A stretch of DNA of 63,967 bases, counting the filler, from Octopus bimaculoides (Eukaryota): the NCBI RefSeq assembly GCF_001194135.2. It is 9 parts of 8 records of this genome, joined end to end, with 100 filler letters (N's around TTAATTAATTAA, not from the genome) between each part and the next. Parts side by side here need not be neighbours in the genome. Positions count along the whole stretch, not along the records: positions 38,659 to 47,125 come from NC_068983.1; positions 47,226 to 53,090 come from NC_069001.1; 7 more parts are not named here. The stretch is one strand, 5' to 3'. The notes under the pieces were generated by a model. It had not been told where the DNA came from and did not search any database. It saw only the letters and a program-made list of their open reading frames with translations. Shown here in pieces: positions 40,750 to 52,780 of the stretch (position 1 is its first letter; each line of letters opens with the position of its first letter). Made by a program: the position numbers and the translations under genes.

Positions 40750-41670
40750 CTGAGGAAAATATATTCATTAGATTGAAATATATTAGAATTTAGTTTTTCT
40801 AACAAGGGGTACTGAGAAATAAACAAGACTGAGAGAGAGAGGAGAGAAAGAAAGAGAGACAGACAGACAGAGGGAGAGAGAGACAGACCGACAGAGGGAG
40901 AGAGAGACAGACCGACAGGGCACAGAGTACTCATTTTAAAAGTCCAAATGATGAAAATGTTTCTAGTTCTATACAGTATTAAGTGTGGCCAAATAATAAC
41001 TTATCAATAGGGTAATTAGATATGTAAAACAAATAATAAATGAGTATATGCATATATACGTACAAGTATGTGCATACCTACATCTACCTGTATATATAGG
41101 TGCATATCTGCATAATTAGATATGTAGCTTGTCAAATATGTTTGTTAATCTCTTTTTTCTATCTTAATTAATAAATGAGAAAAATTTGAAAAATTTCAAC
41201 CTGCATGGAATATATCTTACTTCATAAAGTATTTATCAACATTTACACATTTCAAATAATGTCTATAAATCTTACTTTTTTAAAAATATTACGACTCTCA
41301 AACATATAAGGATTATCAAACAGTAACTGAGGATTGCAGGCTATGAGGTTATATACCGTGTTCGACTACAGATCAGAATCGTAAATTCAAGCATTTTTAT
41401 AACCAATCTTGTTCCTTATGGCAAAACACATTACTAGAACTGACTTGGTCAGTTTGGTTAGCATAAGGAAAGCTATATGTAAGCATCCAAATTTTTGGAA
41501 ACATTATCCCAACATACAAATATTTATACCAATGAGCAAAATAAATTATTTTAGATCAATAAAGTACTAAATTTTTGAAAGGATTAATATATTTGAAAGA
41601 TGGATTTAATCTTAGGCAGAATGTTTTTAACACATTATATACATATACATATATATATATATATTATATA

Positions 41671-42944
41671 CGAGGGATGTTCATTAAAGATTTCCCCTTG
41701 CCCACTTCTGGTTATTGCAAGAAACGGAACTTGTACAAGTATAACCATACAGGTCTCTACATGTCACATTGTAAATTGCAGCTTTCCATTAGTATTCGTT
41801 TGTCTTTTATGGCTGCTGAAATGGACTAAGGTGTTATAATGGAGGCAGTTGAATGCAGATCAGTGATCAGGTTCTTATACTTGAAAGGTCGTACACCAAA
41901 AGAGACTTTCGATGAGATGAAAGAAGTTATACAATGGAGTCAAGCACTGGCATCGCCAGTTTAAACATGGTCAGACATTGGTGGAAACTGCTCCTATTCC
42001 TGGATGACCACATTCTGTCATTGATGATGACACCATCCATAAAGTGGAAGTCGCCATTTTGGAGGATCACTGCATAACTATTTGGCAACTAGTTCAAGAA
42101 GTAAAAATAAGTATAGGGTCCAAGGAGAAAAAATCATTCACAACCATCTGCACATGTGGAAGTTGTCTGCACAATAGATTCCCCGGATGCTCACACCTTT
42201 TCAGAAGCAGGAACGAGTCAATTGCCCCCAGGCTCTTTTGGCAATGTGCCAAGAAAACAAGGACTTTTTTGGCAGACTTATCACACAGGATACAACATGG
42301 GTCCATCACTATAATTCTGAGACTAAAGTTCAGTCAAAGCAATGAAAGCATGATAACTCACCACCTCCAAAGAAGGCTTGTGTTCACCCTCAGCAAGCAA
42401 GGTGATGCTCACGGTCTTTTTGGACCTGCGCAGAGTAGTGATGATGGATTTTCTGGCAAAGAACACCACAATTAACAAGACATATTATGCTTCTCGGCTG
42501 CAGAAATTGCGGGACACCATTAGAGGAGAGGCATGGCATATTGACCAAAGGAGTCCACCTCCTCCAAGACAATGCCCCAGTTGTTCACAATGCACATGTT
42601 GCTCAGATGAAAGCACATTCCTGCGGCTATGAAATCCTTCCTCATCCCACTTACTCTCCCAACCTATCACCATCTGACTTCCACCTCTTTCCAACCATGA
42701 AGTTATTTTTGAAGGGGAAGCACTTCTCAGATGATGATGAACTTATTTCTGAGGTAAAGTCTTTGCTTCAGACACAACCTACCGACTTCTACAGACGAGG
42801 TCTTCACAGTTGCATAAAGCAACAAGAGAAGTGTGTCACCATTGGTGGTGGCTATGTAGAGAAGGACTTATTATTAAGCCAAGTTTCATTTATACTAGCC
42901 TTTAGGAAGTGGGTCAGGAGAAATCTTTAATGAATACCCCCTCA
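41671..42944 (+). mobile_element. mariner (DD34D, Hsmar2/irritans-like), 1274 bp, pseudogene
   Basis: TA target sites and ~38-bp TIRs (CGAGGGATGTTCATTAAAGATTTC). ATG at 41839 MEAVECRSVIRFLYLKG; TQDTTWVHHY; QDNAP; YSPNLSPSDFHLF. Stops and frameshifts present. Confidence 0.93.
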
Positions 42945-42974
42945 TATATCCAAATTTAGGGAATGGAGTAGATA

Positions 42975-43073
42975 AAATCCAGGCTACTTATGTTTCAAAG
43001 CTAGCAGAACCTTGAAAGTAGTAATTAGCCAAATAAGAGTAATCCACTAGCTGCTCATCAGGCCAAAGGTACC
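42975..43073 (-). ncRNA. type I hammerhead ribozyme motif (left arm of foldback)
   Basis: GGC-CTGATGA-GCAGCTAG...CTAGCTTT-GAAAC-ATAA-GTA-GCC. Core intact, stem II AGCTAG/CTAGCT, 2-bp stem III. Confidence 0.65.
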
Positions 43074-43101
43074 TTAGTCAAATGAAGGTTACATTGACTA
43101 A

Positions 43102-43200
43102 GGTATCTTTAGCCTGATGAGTAGTTAGTGGAGTAGCCCTCGTATGAGTAATTACTATTTCCAAGGTTCTGCTAGCTAGGAAACATAAGTAGCCTGGATT
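43102..43200 (+). ncRNA. type I hammerhead ribozyme motif (right arm of foldback)
   Basis: AGC-CTGATGA(43114)-GTAGTTAG...CTAGCTAG-GAAAC(43180)-ATAA-GTA-GCC. 7-bp stem II, with a G-G mismatch at 10.1/11.1. Confidence 0.6.
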
Positions 43201-43470
43201 TTATCTGCTCCATTCACTAAATTTGGATTTTTATTTTATGCACAGCAACCCCAGTTGCTAACCATAGACTACAAAATAATTTTTTTCAGCTTATTGAACT
43301 TTGGATATGGGAAAAATTTTAAACCTTCTACGTCAATAGACCACTATTGTTCCTGAAAGTTGCTTTTCCATGCCTTCTACAGACTGCTCAAAGCTTACTA
43401 ACTTCCTACACCTTGATTCTTGGATCTTACCATTACATATTACTTTATATATTATATATATAATGCCTAC

Positions 43471-43695
43471 CTGTTGCTGTTGAACAATAACAGAAGTGAT
43501 TGGATCAGGAATAAGTGTAGGAAACTGGATCAAGCTGACATTATAACTATCAGCCACATATTGACGACTTGGTTCAAATACCACATGAAGACTATTTTCA
43601 CTATCAATTGACACAGCAATTGTTCGTTTCTTGTTCACATTCAGTGAATTGACTGCAGAAATAGAAAATAAGTCTCTGTTATTTTCAAAGACCAA
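43471..43695 (-). CDS. exon: N-terminal part of a fibronectin-III-like domain, possibly IL-17-receptor-like
   Basis: Acceptor ctttttaagtttcag, donor CAG|GTAGGC. 225 nt, phase 0 to 0: LVFENNRDLF...RTIAVSIDSENSLHVVFEPSRQYVADSYNVSLIQ...VIVQQQQ. Confidence 0.8.
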
Positions 43696-44229
43696 CTGAA
43701 ACTTAAAAAGTATTGTACTCAGTTTAACAATCTAGTTTAAAAATACCTATACAAATTAACCAACCCAAAGACAGTTACATTTCTTACTAATAAATTATTG
43801 CTACCAAACTTATAAACTGCAATCAAATATGTGTGTGCACATACACACACACATATAAGTAAAGTTATATATAAAAACAGTCAAAACATTAAATGAATGA
43901 TCATTGAATATTATTTAAGTAGTGTATCAATTTTTACAAGGAATAGGTTGACAGTAACTTCAAAAGTCCATTGCTCATGGGTCAACATTTGAAATCACTA
44001 AGCACTTTTACCTTATAAATATTAATACACACACACACATCAATACCAGATTTAAAGCATTAAATCAACCAGATTTTAAGCACTGAAAACTAGTGGGAGT
44101 CGGGGTGAGTAGATAATATTGCTTTGCTCACTAATAAGGCTTTATTATAGCAGTACAATACTTTATTGAATATTTCTTTACAAAAGCTAAGACTAAAGAT
44201 TTTACAGCTGTTGTAGATGAAATTCTTAA

Positions 44230-44455
44230 CCCTTTAGCATTTAAACCAGCCATATCCAGCCAAAATATCCTTCCTATTTTATATGTTCAAACTGGTCAGA
44301 TCTGGTCTCTCACATCAACCCTACAATGTCATTCTAAAAATTAACAGTTACCTCATCAAAATCTCAAAGCTACAGGATACGGCATGGTTAGTTGAAAATA
44401 ATGTGAATAAATAAGCATTACTTTTGACAAAATAATGTAAATACTAATAGCTTGA
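44230..44455. mobile_element. piggyBac-like MITE
   Basis: TTAA followed by CCCTTTAGCATT at the left end, and a decayed inverted right end. Confidence 0.65.
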
Positions 44456-44579
44456 ACACTATTGGAGTTGGGGTGGCATGGTCTAAATAATTCAAGAGTT
44501 TCTCATTTGGTTCACTGAAAGGTTTATGTAAGCTAATTCTTACACACACACACACACACACACGTATGTACATGCCACA

Positions 44580-46460
44580 GCTATCATCATTATTGTGGCT
44601 TAGACTGAATGAGCTGTCAGTTTAAGTCAGCCCTTATTCAGGGTTACTGCCTTCCTAGATTGGTCAAAGGACAGAGTGCTCATATATTCCATTTTTGGCA
44701 TGGTTTCTAGAATGTATTTGGTGCATTGTATCATGGTGCCAGCAGTAGAGAGGTTGTCTTATTACTAGCAAAACTAAAGAGACGTTTCTATGTTGTTTCT
44801 GCTGGTTCACCAATTATTTTAGAGTGTACTGGGTGCATTTTATCATGGCACCATTCAGGCACTGCGGTAGAGTGGATAGAAAAGAAAAGATGATAGGCAA
44901 GAAGGTTACATAGGAAGTAGTCAATGGAGACTTAACAGTAATACAACAGGTGAGAAACATGAAGTACATATATTACATATCCCAACCTTCATCTCCACCA
45001 GCAGCTTAACGATTATTTTGTCATGCTTATACCAGTGGACAGGTCTTCTTCAGCATCTTATACTGCCACTTGTTAAGCTTCTTTGTCACTTCCTTTCTGA
45101 GGTTCAGTTTCTTGAGATCTATCATCACTACTTCATCCCATGTATTAATATGTCTCCATCATCCACAGCTTCAAACCATTTCAAGTGCTCAGCAATAGTT
45201 TATAGAACTGACATCCTTCATATGCATCACATACCTGTACCTGCGCAATCTTCTCTCTTACCCTCTCCATCCAATTCTTCGTATATCCAGCTTTCCTCTC
45301 ACTTCACTTGTACTCTATTGTTCATGCACAAACATTACATAACCAGTACAGCTTCCTCACATCATTTCTTTCTAATCATTGTATATCTTACATATCCAAT
45401 AGCCACATCTCGCTACCATGTGGCATCAAACTTCATACACAAGCATCATACAACCTGACTTTTACTCTGAGAGAGAACTCTTTCTTGCAGTAGCTTTTTC
45501 AATTTTTACCACCCTGTTCTTACTCTAACTATTATGCTTTTGAAACATCAACTTCCACCTGATAATTAGGGTAACAAAAGTTACCAACTACTTTTAGTGG
45601 GCCTCCTGAACAATTGAAGGAATTCATTCTAAATGTATTCTTGCCGCTGCTAACTACTCCTGTGCATTTGTGTCATATGAATTTGACCTACCCAGTCAGA
45701 CAGCCTGTGATTGCACTATATCTCTTGTGCATCCATAGTTTACATTGGATATTCTGTATGGAACCTCTACTAAGTCCGTTTACCTTCTTCTGTATGTCAA
45801 GATTGGCTAGTTCCCTGATGATTACAGAGTTGTGTTTTCTTTCCTACATCAGAAAGCGTTAGTTTTTGCATAATTTACTCTCCATTCCAAATTTTGCTGT
45901 TGTGCTTGAAATTTCTTCAATAAATCTTCTACATTTTGTTTTTAAGAAATAGATCATCAGCATGCAGGAGTTCTCATAGACTTGGATGATTATATTAAAC
46001 AGGTAATGGTTGAAAACTAAGCCTTGCTGAACTGATGTTCACTCACTAAATTCTTTACTGAATCTCTACCTACATACTAAATTCATTGCTGAATTCATTA
46101 TTGATCCACACTTTGCTAACTACACTTCTGTATATGGCTTTTGTGGCTCTCACAAGCTATTCAAATACTCATATAACGAATGCTAACATATAGGAGCTTG
46201 CTCCCAGATAAAGTACTTCTGTTGTTGTCTCATAAGGAAGATGATATTGATAGCATTTCTTCCTAGTACAAAGCCAAACTACATCTCATCAAGGCCAGCA
46301 CTGATCCTAATAAATTTTGCTATAACTCTCACTACAAACTTCATAATTTAATTCTCTAGTAGTTACATCTCTCTAGTGTATCTCCATTGCCCTTGTAGCA
46401 ATTGAGAATAATATTGCAACACTGTTATTAAGTACAACACCTTTCAGTTCTACCTAACGA
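44580..46460 (-). mobile_element. RTE-clade LINE, decayed RT and 3' end
   Basis: IFLMRQQQK...LYVSI; VQQGLV..YLFNII; *ELLHADDLFL (YADD-like motif). RTE-like tail at 44580-44900. Confidence 0.8.
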
Positions 46461-46941
46461 CAATGTAAGTGTCTACTAAACACATACCTCAGACAGTGTC
46501 AGTGTGATATTGTATGTGTGACAAGGCTAGCCCTTTGAATTATAGGTACAGTTTTACAGGCTTCTACACAGTTCTGTCTACCTAATTTTACTCACAAAGC
46601 TTTGGACAACTTGAGGCTGGTAGGCAATTAGTCTAAGAAGCTACATAATGAGATTGAATCCAGGACTTTGTGACAGCCATGCTCTTATGAGATTGACAGA
46701 AACTACACAAATTATATCTGCATGAGATGATAATTTAGTGTAGTAACTATATTTAAATATATTTAATACATTGAGCATTAAACCACTAATTAGAAGTAAT
46801 AATGAAGTGATGAAAAATAATACACAGTAATCCCTCGACTACTGTGGGTATTATGTTCCAAAACCTCCCACAATAGGTGAAAATCCACGAAGTAGAAACA
46901 GTACTGTATATGTTTTTATTATTTTTATAATTTGTATATAT

Positions 46942-47105
46942 AGGCGTAGGAGTGGCTGTGTGGTAAGTAGCTTGCTTACCAACCACATGGTTCCGGGATC
47001 AGTCCCACTGCGTGGCACCTTGGGCAAGTATCTTCTACTATAGCCTTGGGCCAACCAAAGCCTTGTGAGTGGATTTGGTAGATGGAAACTGAAAGAAGCT
47101 CATCA
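46942..47105 (+). mobile_element. SINE, family C (5' part)
   Basis: ggcgtaggagtggctgtgtggtaagtagcttgcttaccaaccacatggttccggg. Confidence 0.9.
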
Positions 47106-47225
47106 TATATATATATATATATATANNNNNNNNNNNNNNNNNNNNNNNNNNNNNNNNNNNNNNNNNNNNTTAATTAATTAANNNNNNNNNNNNNNNNNNN
47201 NNNNNNNNNNNNNNNNNNNNNNNNN

Positions 47226-47272
<47 letters not shown>

Positions 47273-47473
47273 CATATATAATACATACATACATGAAAAC
47301 ATACATACATGCACGTACCCACATATTGACGTACATACAGGAAGAGAGGCAATAAGACAAGAGAGAGAAAAAGATACAAAGAGAGAAAGAGGGAGAGGAG
47401 GATGGAGAGAGAGAGAGAGAGAGTGAGAGAGAGATAGAGAGAGAGAGAGAGGTTAATAGAAAACTTGAACGAA

Positions 47474-47486
47474 TGACGTGACGTCA
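47474..47486. promoter_or_regulatory. CRE-like motif: TGACG half-site overlapping a full TGACGTCA
   Basis: gaaTGACGTGACGTCAta. Further tgacg occur near 47500 and 47560. Function is unsupported. Confidence 0.2.
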
Positions 47487-47812
47487 TAAGATTAAATGTG
47501 ATGACGGTTGTTTGTAGTCACAGACTACCGATGGGAATTGACTGTTGGTCTAACACGATAATGACGGCTTGTATTATATATATGTATATATATATCTTAT
47601 ATATATTATATATTATATAACTCTGTGATAGGAGGATGTTAGGAGAGAGAAAGGTTGCGGGGGGAGAAGATAAGGGAGAGGGAGAGAGGGAGAGAGGCAG
47701 GGGAGTATTGATTTTATGAGTAATTTTTCAGGTATTGAAAATCAACTAAAATAGCCTTTTATACCAGCCAACGCTAATTGCATAATTATTGTTTTATATA
47801 CACAAACACGCA

Positions 47813-47872
<60 letters not shown>

Positions 47873-49008
47873 NNNNNNNNNNNNNNNNNNNNNNNNNNNN
47901 NNNNNNNNNNNNNNNNNNNNNNNNNNNNNNNNNNNNNNNNNNNNNNNNNNNNNNNNNNNNNNNNNNNNNNNNNNNNNNNNNNNNNNNNNNNNNNNNNNNN
48001 NNNNNNNNNNNNNNNNNNNNNNNNNNNNNNNNNNNNNNNNNNNNNNNNNNNNNNNNNNNNNNNNNNNNNNNNNNNNNNNNNNNNNNNNNNNNNNNNNNNN
48101 NNNNNNNNNNNNNNNNNNNNNNNNNNNNNNNNNNNNNNNNNNNNNNNNNNNNNNNNNNNNNNNNNNNNNNNNNNNNNNNNNNNNNNNNNNNNNNNNNNNN
48201 NNNNNNNNNNNNNNNNNNNNNNNNNNNNNNNNNNNNNNNNNNNNNNNNNNNNNNNNNNNNNNNNNNNNNNNNNNNNNNNNNNNNNNNNNNNNNNNNNNNN
48301 NNNNNNNNNNNNNNNNNNNNNNNNNNNNNNNNNNNNNNNNNNNNNNNNNNNNNNNNNNNNNNNNNNNNNNNNNNNNNNNNNNNNNNNNNNNNNNNNNNNN
48401 NNNNNNNNNNNNNNNNNNNNNNNNNNNNNNNNNNNNNNNNNNNNNNNNNNNNNNNNNNNNNNNNNNNNNNNNNNNNNNNNNNNNNNNNNNNNNNNNNNNN
48501 NNNNNNNNNNNNNNNNNNNNNNNNNNNNNNNNNNNNNNNNNNNNNNNNNNNNNNNNNNNNNNNNNNNNNNNNNNNNNNNNNNNNNNNNNNNNNNNNNNNN
48601 NNNNNNNNNNNNNNNNNNNNNNNNNNNNNNNNNNNNNNNNNNNNNNNNNNNNNNNNNNNNNNNNNNNNNNNNNNNNNNNNNNNTGGGGGGGGGGGGTATT
48701 GTGTCACTAGAATGCAGGTAAGTGTTGGTGACAGGTAGTGCATCCGGTTGTGTAAAATTCGTTTCAAGTAATTCCGACTGAAAACTTGATACTGAAGCGA
48801 TGATGATGATAATGATGATGATGATGATGATATATATACATACATGCACATACACACACACATAAATACATATATAAGCAGACACACACACGCACACACA
48901 CATACATATGTATATATGTATACGTATACATATATACATAGATGTACGTATATATACATATATGTATATGTATACGTATATATATACATATATATATGTA
49001 TACGTCTA

Positions 49009-49087
<79 letters not shown>

Positions 49088-49539
49088 GTATATATGTATA
49101 TATATATATATGTTTACATATGTATGTATATCAATATATATATATGTATATATGCATATATATGCATATATGTATGTATACACGCACGCACACACACACA
49201 CACACAGACACAGACACACACACACACACATACACACACACACACACACACATATATGTATGCATACATTATTTAAAGTTACATGAGTTGGAAAAAGTAC
49301 GAAGATGACATCTATCACTTACTAATTGCTCTGGTGTCAGTCCACCTAATTAATTAATGGCAGTTATATCTGATGAAGGAGAACCAATTTGACAACAATA
49401 TTGATTACATTATTACAAGTGAATAATTCTTAATTAATAAAGCGATTGATCTGATGTATCCCTTTAGAATTATGATATCTTTACGATATTTCTTTCGTTC
49501 GTTAATACCTACATTATATGCATGCCTTTAATACTTACC

Positions 49540-49943
49540 ACTTAGAATATCCCATCATGAGGTTAACACCACCTCTAATTGAAGTATATATATATATAAT
49601 ACAAATAATAAGTGAGTATATACATATATGCATACATGTATGTGTATACCTACATCTACCTGTATATTATAGATGCATATCTGGGTACAGGGCGTTGCAA
49701 ACAAAATGTAGACAAAAAAATAATAACCAGAGTACAGAAAACACACAAGCCACATAGAGAACATTTCCTTCATCAGCTGCCACCATTCTAACACTGGCGT
49801 TTCGAAGAGTTAGGGCAGGACGCATCGTTAAAATGGCTCTTCCCACAGACCACAAATTAAATTTGTACCATGGAGGAATGTAGTGGCGGACAGAAAACAA
49901 GATAGGAAAACAAACGGAAAAGGCTATACGGCCAGACGTAAAA
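49540..49943 (-). mobile_element. probable Penelope-like terminal-repeat (non-coding) element
   Basis: Contains a hammerhead core. Its distal part (tacctacatctacctgtata...gcatatctg) recurs at about 41030-41110. Cut by a gap. Confidence 0.5.
49765..49823 (-). ncRNA. non-circularly permuted hammerhead ribozyme motif
   Basis: GCGTC|CTGCC-CTAA-CTCTTC-GAAACGC-15 nt-GGCAG-CTGATGA-AGGA. All core nucleotides present, with stem I 5 bp, stem III 4 bp and stem II about 3 bp. Confidence 0.65.
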
Positions 49944-50869
49944 NNNNNNNNNNNNNNNNNNNNNNNNNNNNNNNNNNNNNNNNNNNNNNNNNNNNNNNNN
50001 NNNNNNNNNNNNNNNNNNNNNNNNNNNNNNNNNNNNNNNNNNNNNNNNNNNNNNNNNNNNNNNNNNNNNNNNNNNNNNNNNNNNNNNNNNNNNNNNNNNN
50101 NNNNNNNNNNNNNNNNNNNNNNNNNNNNNNNNNNNNNNNNNNNNNNNNNNNNNNNNNNNNNNNNNNNNNNNNNNNNNNNNNNNNNNNNNNNNNNNNNNNN
50201 NNNNNNNNNNNNNNNNNNNNNNNNNNNNNNNNNNNNNNNNNNNNNNNNNNNNNNNNNNNNNNNNNNNNNNNNNNNNNNNNNNNNNNNNNNNNNNNNNNNN
50301 NNNNNNNNNNNNNNNNNNNNNNNNNNNNNNNNNNNNNNNNNNNNNNNNNNNNNNNNNNNNNNNNNNNNNNNNNNNNNNNNNNNNNNNNNNNNNNNNNNNN
50401 NNNNNNNNNNNNNNNNNNNNNNNNNNNNNNNNNNNNNNNNNNNNNNNNNNNNNNNNNNNNNNNNNNNNNNNNNNNNNNNNNNNNNNNNNNNNNNNNNNNN
50501 NNNNNNNNNNNNNNNNNNNNNNNNNNNNNNNNNNNNNNNNNNNNNNNNNNNNNNNNNNNNNNNNNNNNNNNNNNNNNNNNNNNNNNNNNNNNNNNNNNNN
50601 NNNNNNNNNNNNNNNNNNNNNNNNNNNNNNNNNNNNNNNNNNNNNNNNNNNNNNNNNNNNNNNNNNNNNNNNNNNNNNNNNNNNNNNNNNNNNNNNNNNN
50701 NNNNNNNNNNNNNNNNNNNNNNNNNNNNNNNNNNNNNNNNNNNNNNNNNNNNNNNNNNNNNNNNNNNNNNNNNNNNNNNNNNNNNNNNNNNNNNNNNNNN
50801 NNNNNNNNNNNNNNNNNNNNNNNNNNNNNNNNNNNNNNNNNNNNNNNNNNNNNNNNNNNNNNNNNNNNN

Positions 50870-50910
<41 letters not shown>

Positions 50911-51490
50911 TATGTGTATGTATTGATAGATAGATACATATATATGCATACACACATAGACACACATATATATGCACACATGCACATACACACACATATA
51001 TATGCACACATGCACATACACACACACACATATGCAACAAGCACTTGCTTTTCCGCACCGGTGTGTGTAAGAGAAAATGTTCAATTTAATCTGTATATGT
51101 GTGTATATGTTATACGCATTTATGTATGCTCTTGTAAATGTGTGTGTGTGCGCGTGTGTGTGTGTGTATGTATGCATGTAAATATGTGTGTATGCACTCG
51201 TACATTTCATGTTGTATCGTCCGACCCATTAATGTGACAAATGGTCTTACAAAAAAACACTATTACCTTTGCTTGTAATTCTGACAATGGATCATAAATA
51301 CATATCGAATAACTCATAAATTCATCAATACTGAGCAGTCACTGGGGGACTATTTTTCACACAAACTTTCTCACATCTCTAACATAACATTGATGATTCA
51401 TTGTCTTCCTTCCACCTCTAATCTCATACAATGTAGTTCTCCTTCGTACTTTCACTTCCCTTCTGTCTTACTTCCTTTCCATCTCTACCC

Positions 51491-51648
51491 TTCTTCTTTT
51501 TCTTCTTCTTCTTCTTCTTCTTCTTCTTCTTCTTCTTCTTCTTCTTCTTCTTCTTCTTCTTCTTCTTCTTCTTCTTCTTCTTCTTCTTCTTCTTCTTCTT
51601 CTTCTTCTTCTTCTTCTTCTTCTTCTTCATTATTATTATTATTATTAT
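51491..51648. repeat. (CTT)n then (ATT)n microsatellite
   Basis: Directly visible. It explains the poly-S, poly-K and poly-E ORFs. Confidence 0.97.
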
Positions 51649-51739
51649 CTTTTTTTGCACACACAGGCATACACAAAAGCTCGTTTTCTCATCGTCTTTT
51701 CATCTCTAAATATAAGCCCATATAAATTATTGTTACATA

Positions 51740-51807
<68 letters not shown>

Positions 51808-52347
51808 CTTACATACCTTCGCACCATTTTTGCATGTGTATGTGTATATGAATATATATTTATAACCAGTCTCTGGGTAGCTCTCTTAGAAACATACTCA
51901 CCCCGGCCAGGGAACAACACTTGCAGTTACTAGAACAGAGGACTAATGCCCTCATTGAAAGGATGCAGTGGGTGGCATTCCATTTTGAGAACAAACCTTA
52001 CAATCGCACGCTTGAGCATGACCATAAAAACTTCCACGGACTACACATGATTATTTGATCTCTGCACTATACATTTTGGAGCTGATCTTCAACTTGGAAG
52101 TAATATCTTTCACAAATATTTGCCATAAAGAAGGCATAACTATTTAAGCCTGTAGTAATATTTTACTTTTGATGGACCAGTCATTTTAAGTCTATTCATT
52201 ATAATATTATAATAATTTTTTTTGAACAGCTGTAACCAACTGTAGTATTATTTCTATTGAATAATTTATGACAATTATGGCTGGTTGGGAAATGTTTATT
52301 AATTACTGCTAAAGTATTTCCAGCTATATTTAATATGATGTTTATAG

Positions 52348-52413
52348 TGAAGGCTTGGTTAAACCAGATTACGTCATGTTTTCTATGGTTGTACAAACGT
52401 TGCTCCTACCAAG
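52348..52413 (+). CDS. candidate 66-nt exon
   Basis: Acceptor atgtttatag, donor CAAG|GTGAGA. Two frames are open (EGLVKPDYVMFSMVVQTLLLP or KAWLNQITSCFLWLYKRCSYQ). Confidence 0.25.
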
Positions 52414-52780
52414 GTGAGAGATTGATTGTTTTTGTCCCATGCACTACTGAAGTAACTGAGTGTTTTGTCGAAGGTTGCTTATTTGACGATATATCGGATA
52501 CTCCTTTTTTTTACGCAATTTACTAATGTTTAGATATAAAGAAAGGATAGATAAAATCCTCATTAATATACATAAGCCTTTGGCTAGATTTCTATATGGT
52601 TGATCTCTACCCGTATTTAGGTTTAGCGTAATATCTAGGAAACTAATGATTTGTTTATTGGAACATATAATCTGTTTGATGTCAGTATCGATAGTTAAGA
52701 TCAGACATGATGTGAATTAACCGGTTTATACTTAAATCTAAGTTCAAAAGCTTAGGGGCAATTCTATATAGGGATGGTGA

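Noticed and set aside
49360-49400. CTGATGAAGG on the plus strand as another hammerhead
   Set aside because: No matching GAAA, stem I partner or cleavage triplet in any strand order. The same holds for the CTGATGA hits inside LINE and hAT coding remnants and at 6926 and 7232.
52199-52396. GPCR TM1-like IILNIAGNTLAVI in a minus-strand ORF
   Set aside because: No following transmembrane segments or splice sites support it.
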